Shown: positions 42,076-51,823 of the stretch, piece by piece
Layout: each line of letters opens with the position of its first letter
Position numbering within the stretch: the first letter of the stretch is position 1
Source: Lachnospiraceae bacterium
GTDB lineage: Bacteria > Bacillota > Clostridia > Lachnospirales > Lachnospiraceae
Length of the DNA: 64,000 nucleotides
Direction: 5' to 3'
NCBI GenBank assembly: GCA_028693705.1
Contig: JAQUUX010000004.1
Location: 779-64,778, forward strand
Notes under the pieces: generated by a model
Told to the model about the DNA's origin: nothing
Databases searched by the model: none
What the model saw: the letters and a program-made list of their open reading frames with translations, nothing else
Made by a program: the position numbers and the translations under genes

Positions 42076-42718
42076 AGACAGATACTTAACCTTTGCCCTG
42101 GGCAAAGGAAGACTAGCGAATAAAACATTGGAATTATTTGAAAAAATAGGTATTACCTGCGAAGAAATGAAAGATAAAAACACCCGTAAGCTGATCTTTG
42201 TAGATGAAAAGAACAAATTAAAGTTTTTCCTTTCAAAAGGACCTGATGTACCAACTTATGTGGAATATGGTGCTGCAGATATCGGTGTTGTGGGTAAGGA
42301 TACCTTATTAGAGGAGAACCGCAGGGTTTATGAAGTACTTGATCTGGGCTATGGTAAATGCAAGATGTGTGTCTGCGGACCAAAGGAAGCCAAAGAACTG
42401 TTACAGCATCACGAGATGATCCGTGTGGCCAGCAAATATCCTAATATTGCCAAGGATTATTTTTATAATAAAAAGCATCAGACTGTTGATATCATCAAAT
42501 TAAACGGCTCCGTGGAATTAGGACCAATTGTGAAATTGTCAGATGTCATCGTGGATATTGTGGAGACAGGTGGTACCTTAAAGGAAAACGGACTTGAAGT
42601 TTTAGAAGAAATCTGTCCTTTATCTGCCAGAATGATTGTGAATCAGGTTAGTATGCAGATGGAAGCAGACCGGATCAAGAAACTGATCCAGGATTTGAAA
42701 GGAGTACTTGCAGAATGA
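42068..42718 (+). CDS. hisG: ATP phosphoribosyltransferase, short form
   Basis: 216 aa. LTFALGKGRL and DIVETGGTLKENGL. Confidence 0.9.
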   Translation: MSEDRYLTFALGKGRLANKTLELFEKIGITCEEMKDKNTRKLIFVDEKNKLKFFLSKGPDVPTYVEYGAADIGVVGKDTLLEENRRVYEVLDLGYGKCKMCVCGPKEAKELLQHHEMIRVASKYPNIAKDYFYNKKHQTVDIIKLNGSVELGPIVKLSDVIVDIVETGGTLKENGLEVLEEICPLSARMIVNQVSMQMEADRIKKLIQDLKGVLAE

Positions 42719-44004
42719 AACGCTTACAGTTAACGGAAGAAAACAAACAGAACCTGTTACAGGATTTGTTAAAGAGAAGTCCTAATAATTATGGGGAATA
42801 TGAGACAGTTGTAGCAGATATTATTAGTAATGTAAGAGAAAAAAAGGACGAAGCAGTTTTTGAGTACACTTTAAAATTTGATCATTTCGCATTAAATGCT
42901 GAAAATATTCAGGTGACAGAGGACGAAATCATAGAAGCTTACGCTCAGATTGATGAAGATTTCGTTCGTATCATGAAAACCTCCAGGGATAATATCAGAG
43001 AATATCATGAGAAACAGGTTCGAAACAGCTGGTTTGATGCAAAACCGGATGGCACTATTTTAGGACAGAAGATTACTGCGCTTAACAAAGTCGGTGTTTA
43101 TGTACCGGGCGGTAAAGCTGCTTATCCTTCCAGTGTACTCATGAATGTGGTTCCTGCAAAGGTGGCAGGTGTTGGAGAGGTCTTAATGACTACTCCATGT
43201 AACAAAGAAGGTAAGGTAAATCCTGGTACTCTGGTAGCAGCAGATATAGCAGGAGTTGATCGTATTTTTAAAGTTGGCGGTGCACAGGCAATTGCAGCGC
43301 TTGCATTTGGGACGGAGAGTATTCCTAAGGTTGATAAGATTACCGGACCGGGTAATATTTTTGTAGCTCTTGCAAAAAAAGCAGTATACGGACATGTGAG
43401 CATCGATTCCATAGCAGGCCCGAGCGAAATTATGGTATTGGCTGATGAGTCTGCAAATTCTCGCTATGTAGCTGCTGATTTATTATCCCAGGCAGAGCAT
43501 GATGAGCTGGCAAGTGCGATTCTGGTAACCACCAGCAAAGAGCTTGCTGATAATGTAGAAAAAGAAGTTGAAGGCTTTGTAAAAAAACTTTCCAGAAAAG
43601 AGATCATTCAAAAATCTCTGGATCAGTACGGTTATATTTTAATGGCTGATAATATGGAAGATGCCATAGATACTGTTAATGAAATTGCGTCCGAGCATTT
43701 GGAAGTATTGACAAAAAATCCTTTTGAAACTATGACTAAGATCAAGAATGCAGGTGCTATTTTCCTTGGAGAGTATTCTTCTGAACCTCTTGGGGATTAT
43801 TATGCAGGACCAAACCATATTTTACCTACCAATGGAACAGCTAAATTTTTCTCTCCATTGTCTGTAGACGATTTTATCAAAAAATCCAGCATTATCTGCT
43901 ATTCAAAAGACGCCTTGCAGGCAGCACACAAGGATATTGAGACCTTTGCAGAAAAAGAAGGTTTGACTGCTCATGCAAATTCTATTAAGGTTAGATTTGA
44001 ATAG
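42715..44004 (+). CDS. hisD: Histidinol dehydrogenase
   Basis: 429 aa. IDSIAGPSE, QAEHD and SEHLE motifs. Confidence 0.9.
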   Translation: MKRLQLTEENKQNLLQDLLKRSPNNYGEYETVVADIISNVREKKDEAVFEYTLKFDHFALNAENIQVTEDEIIEAYAQIDEDFVRIMKTSRDNIREYHEKQVRNSWFDAKPDGTILGQKITALNKVGVYVPGGKAAYPSSVLMNVVPAKVAGVGEVLMTTPCNKEGKVNPGTLVAADIAGVDRIFKVGGAQAIAALAFGTESIPKVDKITGPGNIFVALAKKAVYGHVSIDSIAGPSEIMVLADESANSRYVAADLLSQAEHDELASAILVTTSKELADNVEKEVEGFVKKLSRKEIIQKSLDQYGYILMADNMEDAIDTVNEIASEHLEVLTKNPFETMTKIKNAGAIFLGEYSSEPLGDYYAGPNHILPTNGTAKFFSPLSVDDFIKKSSIICYSKDALQAAHKDIETFAEKEGLTAHANSIKVRFE

Positions 44005-44048
44005 AAAATGATAGCCGGAAAATGACTGACAGTACAGGAGGTAGCATA

Positions 44049-44636
44049 ATGGCTAGAAGTACCACCGTGGAACGTAACACCAAGGAAACTGAGATTTCCA
44101 TGATATTAAACATAGACGGAACCGGAAAGGGTGAAATTGACACCGGAATCGGTTTCTTTGATCATATGCTGGAAGGCTTTTCCAGACATGGCTTTTTTGA
44201 TCTGAAATGCAATGTGAAGGGTGATCTTCAAGTGGACTGTCATCATACCATTGAAGATACCGGCATTGTACTGGGAACAGCAATCAAACAGGCGTTGGGA
44301 GATAAGGCTGGAATCAAACGTTTTGGTTCTTTTATCTTACCTATGGATGAAACATTAGTATTATGTGCAGTAGACTTATCCGGCAGACCATATTTTGCAT
44401 TTGACTGTGAATTTACAGTAGACAAGGTTGGTTATTTTGATACGGAAATGGTAAAGGAATTTTTCTATGCGGTATCATATGCTGCCGGTATGAATCTTCA
44501 TATCAAAAAGCTTTCCGGTGAAAATAATCATCACATTATTGAAGCAATCTTTAAGGCTTTTGCCAAAGCACTGGATGAGGCAACCACCAAAGATCCCAGA
44601 ATCACAGATGTACTCAGTACGAAAGGAACGTTATGA
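44049..44636 (+). CDS. hisB: Imidazoleglycerol-phosphate dehydratase
   Basis: RNTKETEI, GIGFFDHML and HHIIEA. GGAGG RBS before the ATG at 44049. Confidence 0.9.
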   Translation: MARSTTVERNTKETEISMILNIDGTGKGEIDTGIGFFDHMLEGFSRHGFFDLKCNVKGDLQVDCHHTIEDTGIVLGTAIKQALGDKAGIKRFGSFILPMDETLVLCAVDLSGRPYFAFDCEFTVDKVGYFDTEMVKEFFYAVSYAAGMNLHIKKLSGENNHHIIEAIFKAFAKALDEATTKDPRITDVLSTKGTL

Positions 44637-45898
44637 AATTACTGATCCCAACCATATATTTAAAAAAAGGACAGGCAGTTACCTGTCTGCAAAAACAACA
44701 GGAAGTCCTTAGTACAGATCCTGTTTCTCTGGCAGCAAAATATCGTGATGAGGATGCAGATGCGTTAATGATTTTTGATCTGTCCTGTGGAGATGAAGAA
44801 CATGAGATTAATCTGGATGTGATGAAAGCCATCTGTGAGATTGCAGAAGTACCGGTATATGGTGCAGGCAATGTGAAACGAATGGAAGACATTAAGAAAA
44901 TCCTTTATACCGGCTGTAAAAAAGCCGTATTAAATTACAGCAAAGCAGAAGGTATTGCGATTACAGAAGAGGTTTCCAAGAAATTTGGTGCCGATAAACT
45001 GTTGGCATCTGTTTCTGAATTATCACAGTTACGGGATAATCGTGAGTTATTGGAGCAATATGTAAGTGGTGTGATCTGTATGAATGAAATTCAAACAAAA
45101 GAGATTAAGCTGCCACTTTATGCTCATGTAAGCAGTCAGCCGGAGAATAAAAGCTACGACATGATTTCCGGCGATGTAGTTGATGGATTAATGGGCAATG
45201 CCGTTCTTGACATAGAATCTCTTAGAACCTTTAAAGAAAAACTGGATCAGGCAGGGAAAGAGACTACTTTTGTAAAATCTGCATTTGCCTGGTCTGATTT
45301 TAAATTAAACAGTGACGGTATGGTACCGGTAGTAGTACAGGATTATAAAACCGACGCTGTTCTGATGGTGGCTTATATGAATGAGGAAGCTTACCAGAAG
45401 ACATTGCAGACCGGTAAAATGACCTATTACAGCCGTAGTCGTCAGGAACTTTGGCTGAAAGGCGATACCAGTGGTCATTTCCAGTATGTGAAATCATTAA
45501 CAGCAGATTGTGATATGGATACCATTCTTGCCAGAGTTTCACAGGTAGGAGCGGCCTGTCATACCGGCAGATATTCCTGCTTTTACCAGAATATTATGGA
45601 AAAGGAATATGAAGAGAAAAATCCTATGAAGATCCTGCAAAGCGTCTATGATGTGATCGAGGACAGGAAGCTTCATCCCAAGGAAGGCTCCTATACCAAC
45701 TATCTGTTTGATAAGGGCATTGATAAAATCCTGAAAAAAGTTGGAGAGGAAGCAACTGAAATTGTGATTGCTGCTAAAAATCCTAATAAGAATGAAGTAA
45801 AATACGAAATCTCTGATTTTCTGTATCATATGATGGTACTGATGGCAGAAAAAGGGGTCAGCTGGGAAGAAATCACAGATGATCTTGCCAAACGATAG
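44633..45898 (+). CDS. hisIE: Tri-domain protein: HisA/HisF-like barrel (apparently degenerate), then phosphoribosyl-AMP cyclohydrolase (HisI), then phosphoribosyl-ATP pyrophosphatase (HisE)
   Basis: Residues 1 to about 205 follow the HisA/F pattern (LIPTIYLKKGQAV, DPVSLAAKY, VPVYGAGNVKRMEDIKKIL). Next comes HisI (VVVQDYKTDAVLMVAYMNEEA...GDTSGH...CHTG). HisE follows (YTNYLFDKGIDKILKKVGEEATE). Confidence 0.8.
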   Translation: MKLLIPTIYLKKGQAVTCLQKQQEVLSTDPVSLAAKYRDEDADALMIFDLSCGDEEHEINLDVMKAICEIAEVPVYGAGNVKRMEDIKKILYTGCKKAVLNYSKAEGIAITEEVSKKFGADKLLASVSELSQLRDNRELLEQYVSGVICMNEIQTKEIKLPLYAHVSSQPENKSYDMISGDVVDGLMGNAVLDIESLRTFKEKLDQAGKETTFVKSAFAWSDFKLNSDGMVPVVVQDYKTDAVLMVAYMNEEAYQKTLQTGKMTYYSRSRQELWLKGDTSGHFQYVKSLTADCDMDTILARVSQVGAACHTGRYSCFYQNIMEKEYEEKNPMKILQSVYDVIEDRKLHPKEGSYTNYLFDKGIDKILKKVGEEATEIVIAAKNPNKNEVKYEISDFLYHMMVLMAEKGVSWEEITDDLAKR

Positions 45899-45949
45899 CA
45901 TAAATTGAATGTAATCAAATAATGATGAAATTCCGTATAAAAAATATGA

Positions 45950-45980
45950 AAAGCTTTTAGTTCGTCTAAAGGCTTTTTTT
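45950..45980 (+). terminator. Rho-independent terminator after the his operon
   Basis: AAGCTTTTAG / CTAAAGGCTT with one U-G pair, followed by TTTTTT. Confidence 0.65.
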
Positions 45981-46038
45981 ATTGCATAAAATGAACAGAT
46001 ATAACCTTTGTGATGCATTGAAGTAAAGGAGGTAGTAT

Positions 46039-46500
46039 ATGTCCAGACACTATTCTATGGAACAACGAATACAGGTTAGAAAAATGCTTCAAAATACCGA
46101 TTCGAAAAATAAGGAACAGCTTTCAAAAATACATCATTTTCTTACAGCACCTGAGGAAATCACAGCAGAAACAACAGAGCCAAAAGTCGAAATGTCATAT
46201 ATCGATCCCGGACTTCAGACGGGGAAATACTGGAAAAACTTTCAATGGCGGGTTGTGGCCTTCGTTTTTCTGTTTTCGGGATTAATTTTATTGCATTTAA
46301 AGGAATTACAAAATCCGGAATATGATTTTTTTGGAATCACATCCATGGAAGTACAAGCGGCGATTACAAAAGAATTTGATTTTAATGCACATATCCCGTA
46401 TACTTTTAGGGATGAATGGAAAAGTGTATTTTATCAACTAACGCAAAAGGAACTTAATTATGAATCAGAATACAACACAGAAGCTGGCACTGACGGATGA
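46039..46500 (+). CDS. Hypothetical single-pass membrane protein
   Basis: 153 aa. AGGAGG RBS. One TM segment (VVAFVFLFSGLILLHL). Confidence 0.55.
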   Translation: MSRHYSMEQRIQVRKMLQNTDSKNKEQLSKIHHFLTAPEEITAETTEPKVEMSYIDPGLQTGKYWKNFQWRVVAFVFLFSGLILLHLKELQNPEYDFFGITSMEVQAAITKEFDFNAHIPYTFRDEWKSVFYQLTQKELNYESEYNTEAGTDG

Positions 46501-48352
46501 TATCTTGCTGGCAATTGAAAAGCCTGCCCGTTACATCGGAAATGAAGTAAATGCGGTAATAAAAGACAAAGAAAAAATTGATATCCGAATGGCGATGTGC
46601 TTCCCGGATGTTTATGAAATCGGAATGTCTCATTTGGGAATTCAGATCCTTTATGATATGTTAAACCATTATGAAGATACCTGGTGCGAAAGAGTTTATT
46701 CTCCGTGGGTGGATTTAGATGCCATTATGAGAGAACGACATATTCCGCTATTTGCTCTGGAATCTCAGGATCCGATTAAAGATTTTGATTTTTTGGGTAT
46801 TACGATTCAGTATGAGCTGTGCTATACCAATATTTTACAGATTCTGGATCTGTCAGATATTCCATTGGAAGCAAAGGACAGAACCTGGGAACACCCCATT
46901 GTCATCGGTGGTGGTCCATGTACCTATAATCCGGAACCCATTGCACCATTTTTTGATCTGTTTTATATTGGCGAAGGAGAGACCAGATATCGCGATTTAC
47001 TGGATCTGTATAAGAAATGTAAAGCAGAACATAAGTCCAGGGAAGAGTTCTTATTGGAAACAGCCAGAACAATTCCCGGTATGTATGTGCCACAGTTCTA
47101 TGATGTGACCTATAAAGAAGACGGCACCATTGAAAGCTTTACTCCAAACAAAGAAGGGGTGCCTGCTACCATAACAAAAGAAATGGTAACGGACTTAACG
47201 CATACCACTTATCCGGAAAAGCCTGTAGTACCTTTTACCAAGATTACTCAGGACCGGGTTGTGTTGGAAATACAAAGAGGCTGTATCAGAGGCTGCCGTT
47301 TCTGTCAGGCAGGACAGCTTTATCGTCCGGTTCGTGAAAAGGATGTGGACACTTTAAAGCAGTATGCTGTTACGATGTTAAAGAATACCGGACATGAGGA
47401 AATTTCTCTTAGCTCCTTAAGTTCAAGTGATTATTCGGCATTAAATGAATTAATAGAATTTTTAATTGAAGATTGCGATAAGAGAAGAGTCAATATTTCA
47501 TTGCCTTCTCTTAGAATTGATGCATTCAGCCTGGATGTAATGAGTAAAGTGCAGGATGTAAAGAAGAGCAGTCTGACTTTTGCACCGGAAGCCGGCACAC
47601 AGAGACTTCGTGATGTAATTAACAAAGGACTTACCAGAGAAGATATTCTAAATGGATCCATTGAAGCCTTTAAGGGCGGCTGGTCCAGGGTTAAGCTTTA
47701 TTTTATGCTGGGACTTCCTACGGAAACAGAAGAAGATATTGCCGGTATCGCAGAGCTTAGCAATGAAATTGCAGCAGCTTATTTTGAAACAGTTCCGAAG
47801 GAGGAACGTTCCAACGGCAGTATCCAGATTGTAGCCAGTACCTCCTTTTTTATTCCAAAGCCATTTACACCATTTCAGTGGGCAAGAATGTGTACCAAGG
47901 AGGAATTTTTGGACAAGGCTTCTCTGACCAGGAAAGCCATCATGACCCAGTTGAACCAGAAGCGTATCAAATATAACTGGCATGAAGCTGATGCCAGTGT
48001 AATGGAAGGTATTCTTGCAAGGGGCGACCGAAAGATTGCATCGGTTATTTTAAGTGCTTATAAAAAAGGCTGCTTTTATGATGCCTGGGGTGAATATTTC
48101 AAGAACGATGTATGGATGGAAACATTTGCTGAGTGCAACGTTGATCCCGATTTTTATACGGTCAGAGAACGTTCTCTGGACGAGATTTTCCCATGGGATT
48201 TCTTAAGCTGTGGCGTTTCCAAGGATTTCCTGAAACGAGAGTGGCTTAGGGCAACTACCGAAGGTGTTACCACACCAAACTGCAGATTGCAGTGTCAGGG
48301 ATGTGGAGCCAATCAATATGGTGTGGGTGTCTGCACAGAAGGGAGATCGTAA
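46460..48352 (+). CDS. B12-binding-domain radical SAM protein (TIGR03960-like)
   Basis: 630 aa. Contains KPARYIGNEVN and the radical SAM cluster RGCIRGCRFCQAG. It has the conserved partner gene downstream. Confidence 0.8.
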   Translation: MNQNTTQKLALTDDILLAIEKPARYIGNEVNAVIKDKEKIDIRMAMCFPDVYEIGMSHLGIQILYDMLNHYEDTWCERVYSPWVDLDAIMRERHIPLFALESQDPIKDFDFLGITIQYELCYTNILQILDLSDIPLEAKDRTWEHPIVIGGGPCTYNPEPIAPFFDLFYIGEGETRYRDLLDLYKKCKAEHKSREEFLLETARTIPGMYVPQFYDVTYKEDGTIESFTPNKEGVPATITKEMVTDLTHTTYPEKPVVPFTKITQDRVVLEIQRGCIRGCRFCQAGQLYRPVREKDVDTLKQYAVTMLKNTGHEEISLSSLSSSDYSALNELIEFLIEDCDKRRVNISLPSLRIDAFSLDVMSKVQDVKKSSLTFAPEAGTQRLRDVINKGLTREDILNGSIEAFKGGWSRVKLYFMLGLPTETEEDIAGIAELSNEIAAAYFETVPKEERSNGSIQIVASTSFFIPKPFTPFQWARMCTKEEFLDKASLTRKAIMTQLNQKRIKYNWHEADASVMEGILARGDRKIASVILSAYKKGCFYDAWGEYFKNDVWMETFAECNVDPDFYTVRERSLDEIFPWDFLSCGVSKDFLKREWLRATTEGVTTPNCRLQCQGCGANQYGVGVCTEGRS

Positions 48353-48357
48353 TTGCT

Positions 48358-49068
48358 ATGAAGGTTAGAATTAAATTTTCAAAAACAGGACCTTTGAAAT
48401 TCATCGGTCACCTGGATATGATGCGCTTTTTCCAGAAGGCAATCCGCAGAGCAGATATTGATGTGACTTATACCACCGGATTTAGTCCTCACCAGGTTAT
48501 GGCATTTGCCAATCCGCTGGGTGTGGGACTGGAAAGCACCGGCGAGTATTTTGACATAGAAGTAAATTCTTATACCACCATGGCAGAAATGAAGGACAAG
48601 TTAAATCAGGTTGTGGTGCCGGGAGTAGAAATTCTGGATGTTTGTTTACTGCCAGATGATGCCGGAAATGCCATGGCAAGTGTAGCAGCTGCCAGATATC
48701 GGATATCCTTTCGCGAAGGAATGGAACCCTGTGCAGATTGGGAAAGCAGATTTGCTTCCTTTTGTGAACAGGAGACGATTCCCGCCACCAAAACCACTAA
48801 GAAATCCGTATTGGAAATTGATATCAAGCCTTCCTTATATGAATGGCAGATATTACCGGATCATTCCATTATGCTGTTCTTAAATGCCAGCAGCTCAGGG
48901 ACGGGTAATATCAAACCGGCTATGGTATTAGAGACATTTTTTAAGGCAGAGGGAATAGAATTTGATCCCTATTGCTTATGTATTACCAGAATAGACACCT
49001 ATACAGATTTGGGTACGGAAGATGCACACCGCTTTGTACCGATGAATGAGGTTGGAACATCATGTTGA
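48358..49068 (+). CDS. Radical SAM-associated protein (TIGR03936 / DUF2344-like)
   Basis: MKVRIKFSKTGPLKFIGHLDMMRFFQKAIRRA is the family's typical N-terminus. I prefer the ATG at 48358 over the overlapping start at 48292. Confidence 0.75.
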   Translation: MKVRIKFSKTGPLKFIGHLDMMRFFQKAIRRADIDVTYTTGFSPHQVMAFANPLGVGLESTGEYFDIEVNSYTTMAEMKDKLNQVVVPGVEILDVCLLPDDAGNAMASVAAARYRISFREGMEPCADWESRFASFCEQETIPATKTTKKSVLEIDIKPSLYEWQILPDHSIMLFLNASSSGTGNIKPAMVLETFFKAEGIEFDPYCLCITRIDTYTDLGTEDAHRFVPMNEVGTSC

Positions 49069-50345
49069 TCAAGGCTTATGCTGATCAGGAAAAAGAATCA
49101 TTACAGAAAAGCAGTTATAAAGAAAATCAGGTTTTGATTACAACTTATCAGGGAAAAAGACTAATTACCCGCCTGGTTGGAAATTCCATGGAGGATTTAA
49201 TGGTTTTTCCGACAAATGGCTCAATGCTTGGCACGATTCACATTGGAAGGATTCAAAAAGTTTCAAAAACCATAGATTCTTTCTTTGTTGAGATTGCTGA
49301 TAAAAGGGTGTGCTTTTTGCCCGGTAGAAATATTATTGCACCAGTGCTGTTAAATAGAGAATATGATGGTAGATTATTGGAGGGGGATATTATTCTCATC
49401 CAGATAGAGCGGGATGCGGTTAAAACCAAGGATGCCGTCTGCACTACCAAACTTACTTTTAACGGGAAATATGTGATTCTCACAACAGGTAGCAACAAGC
49501 CCGGATTTTCCAAGAAATACACAGCAGACCAGCGCGGTTATTTTGTTGCCTGGCACAAAGATATTGCGGATACTTTACCAACGCTTTGTGTCCCTTTTGC
49601 ACCGATTTACAGAACAGAGTGTGCTGAGCTTTTGACTGCAAAAAAATCTGAACCAGAGATAGATCCATTAGAACAGGAACTTACATTTTTTGTTAATACA
49701 CTACAGACTATTGTGACAAAAGAAATTCACAAAAGTTTATATAGCTGCATTTATGCACCCGATCCTGATTATTACTTGTTTTTACGGGAAAGTTTATCCG
49801 GCGGTTATGAAGAAATTGTAATTGATGATGAAAACGTTTATTCTTTTTTACATGAAAAAGCACAAACAGGTCTGCTTGCTGATGATAAAATTCGTTTTTA
49901 TCAGGATGAAAGAATCGGTATGTCAGCTTTGTATGGAATACAATCTAAGATGGATGAGGTATTAAGTAAATCTGTCTGGCTGAAATCCGGCGGAAATCTG
50001 GTCATTGAACCAACCGAGGCATTAACGGTTATTGATGTAAATACCGGACGCTTTAGTGCTAAGCATCTGGGTACGGATCAGACCTATTGGAAGATCAATT
50101 TAGAAGCTGCAAAAGAGGCTTTAAGACAGATCAGATTGCGGAATATTTCCGGCATGATTTTAATTGATTTTATTAACATGAAAAAAGCAGATGAGGGAAG
50201 ACTATTAAAGACAGTTCGCGAGTTGTGTGAGAAAGAAAAGGTTTCTACAGAGGTCTACGACATCACAAAACTTGGAATTATGGAGCTTACCCGTAAGAAA
50301 ATATACAAAACATTAAAGGAGAGTCTGACTGGTGAAACTAACTGA
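49062..50345 (+). CDS. rng: Rne/Rng (RNase E/G) family ribonuclease
   Basis: Contains LTVIDVNTGRF, the catalytic-core signature, and GMILIDFI. N-terminal S1-like region. Confidence 0.8.
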   Translation: MLIKAYADQEKESLQKSSYKENQVLITTYQGKRLITRLVGNSMEDLMVFPTNGSMLGTIHIGRIQKVSKTIDSFFVEIADKRVCFLPGRNIIAPVLLNREYDGRLLEGDIILIQIERDAVKTKDAVCTTKLTFNGKYVILTTGSNKPGFSKKYTADQRGYFVAWHKDIADTLPTLCVPFAPIYRTECAELLTAKKSEPEIDPLEQELTFFVNTLQTIVTKEIHKSLYSCIYAPDPDYYLFLRESLSGGYEEIVIDDENVYSFLHEKAQTGLLADDKIRFYQDERIGMSALYGIQSKMDEVLSKSVWLKSGGNLVIEPTEALTVIDVNTGRFSAKHLGTDQTYWKINLEAAKEALRQIRLRNISGMILIDFINMKKADEGRLLKTVRELCEKEKVSTEVYDITKLGIMELTRKKIYKTLKESLTGETN

Positions 50346-50889
50346 TATTTATAAAGTGCATGACGGTACCTATCTTCATGGATACGAACTTTCTTATCAG
50401 ATAGAACCGGATCGAATGAAAACCTATGAAATTGTAAGTCGAAACGCTTCTCTTCGAACACCGGAGGATTTGGGTAGCCAGGTGGCAGGCGTTTCCATGG
50501 TGGTATTCCAGAATGACAGGCTACTATTATTACAGGAATTTCGCATGGGCATTAACCGAACCATTTATAATCTATGCGCCGGTATGTGTGAACCTGGTGA
50601 AAGCATGGAAGATTGCATGAAACGGGAATTGAAGGAAGAAACAGGTCTTGACCTGACAGAGATAAAAGTGCTGTTACCGCCGTCTTATGCTGCAGTTGCC
50701 ATTTCTGATATGCAGACACAGATTGCAATTGTAGAAGCTGCCGGTACACCAACGAAGCAAAAACAGCTTCATGAAGACATCATTCCGAAATTTTATAATC
50801 GGGAAGAAGTGGCTGAACTGCTACGCACACAAAGCTTTAGTTCAAGGGCACAGATCATGGCGTATTTTTATGTACAGCATATGCTGTAA
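50332..50889 (+). CDS. NUDIX hydrolase
   Basis: Nudix box GMCEPGESMEDCMKRELKEETG. GTG start overlapping the rng end. Confidence 0.8.
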   Translation: MKLTDIYKVHDGTYLHGYELSYQIEPDRMKTYEIVSRNASLRTPEDLGSQVAGVSMVVFQNDRLLLLQEFRMGINRTIYNLCAGMCEPGESMEDCMKRELKEETGLDLTEIKVLLPPSYAAVAISDMQTQIAIVEAAGTPTKQKQLHEDIIPKFYNREEVAELLRTQSFSSRAQIMAYFYVQHML

Positions 50890-50902
50890 AAAGGAGCTGA
50901 AT

Positions 50903-51172
50903 ATGGAAAAAAACAAGGCTTATTATATATGTACAGTACTTGACTGGTGCCTCTGTCTTATGGACGTGTTCATACTAGGTGCATTGGTTTCTGTGATTCT
51001 GCCTTTTCTAAATCAGATTATGACACAGTGGATTGCACTTTCCATATTGCGGAATTTTCTAAACATGATTTGCGTTATTATCATAGCAGCAAGTCTGATT
51101 TTACTTTTTAATCAAATTTCTATTTTAATTTCAAAGAAGTATTGGACTGGTATCTATGGTGGGACTAAGTGA
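50903..51172 (+). CDS. Small hypothetical membrane protein (89 aa)
   Basis: AAGGAG RBS before the ATG at 50903. Two or three hydrophobic helices. The ORF-track start at 50771 overlaps the NUDIX gene and is unlikely. Confidence 0.55.
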   Translation: MEKNKAYYICTVLDWCLCLMDVFILGALVSVILPFLNQIMTQWIALSILRNFLNMICVIIIAASLILLFNQISILISKKYWTGIYGGTK

Positions 51173-51176
51173 ATTA

Positions 51177-51787
51177 AAACTGCAGTTTAGAAACTTGCAA
51201 ATAATAATTATAAAGAGACGGCAATGGTGCGGGTGTGTATCCTTCCATTGCCGTTTACACGTATAAGACCTTCTACATCATTCCATAAAGGTATTCGGTT
51301 GCTTCCGCTAACGGAATCCAATCGCCATCCTGGCTCGGGATTCCTTTCCGGGCATCCATGCCCGGAATAGCTGTTTTGCAGCTGTAATGATTAGAAGGTC
51401 TAATACGTGTGCTCAGGCGATGGAAGGATACACACCCGTACCACTGCCTGTTCGTTACATTTGTTATTCTTTTAAAGTTGCCAATCTGCAGTTGCCTCGG
51501 TCTGTAGCCAAGGCCAGACTATTGCAACTATTCATTTGCCGTAACTGGGGTCTATGCTTCATCGGCACCACAAACTGCAGCTTAAAGAAAATGAATATTG
51601 CGTAAAACGAGGTTCAGCCGTGTATCGTATGCGAACAAGCACTGTAAACACGTCTGTACTTAGTTCGCGTCTTGTGCGAACTTATGTACAGCTACGTGTT
51701 TACCGTAGTGAGAACGGGCTTGAGAGCATATGATACACGGCTGAACCGTCACTTTACATCAATCTTTATTTCTTTAAACTGCTGAAC
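51177..51787 (+). repeat. Copy B of the palindrome-rich repeat element (full length)
   Basis: Starts with AAACTGCAGTTT (51177-51188) and ends with a degenerate AAACTGCTGAAC (51776-51787). Collinear with copy A. The 3' 177 nt differ from A at 2 positions. The 5' part is much more diverged, with indels. Confidence 0.9.
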
Positions 51788-51794
51788 AAAAAGC

Positions 51795-51823
51795 TTGACA
51801 CCCCGATAAGTGGATGATATTAT
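51795..51823 (+). promoter_or_regulatory. Candidate sigma-A promoter of the rplU-prp-rpmA operon: TTGACA, 17-nt spacer, TATTAT
   Basis: -35 TTGACA at 51795-51800 and -10 TATTAT at 51818-51823. It begins 8 nt after the end of repeat copy B. Confidence 0.6.

Noticed and set aside
45539-46018. 159-aa minus-strand ORF.
   Set aside because: It is antisense to the well-supported hisIE gene for most of its length, its composition is low-complexity and Phe/Ile-rich, and it has no RBS.
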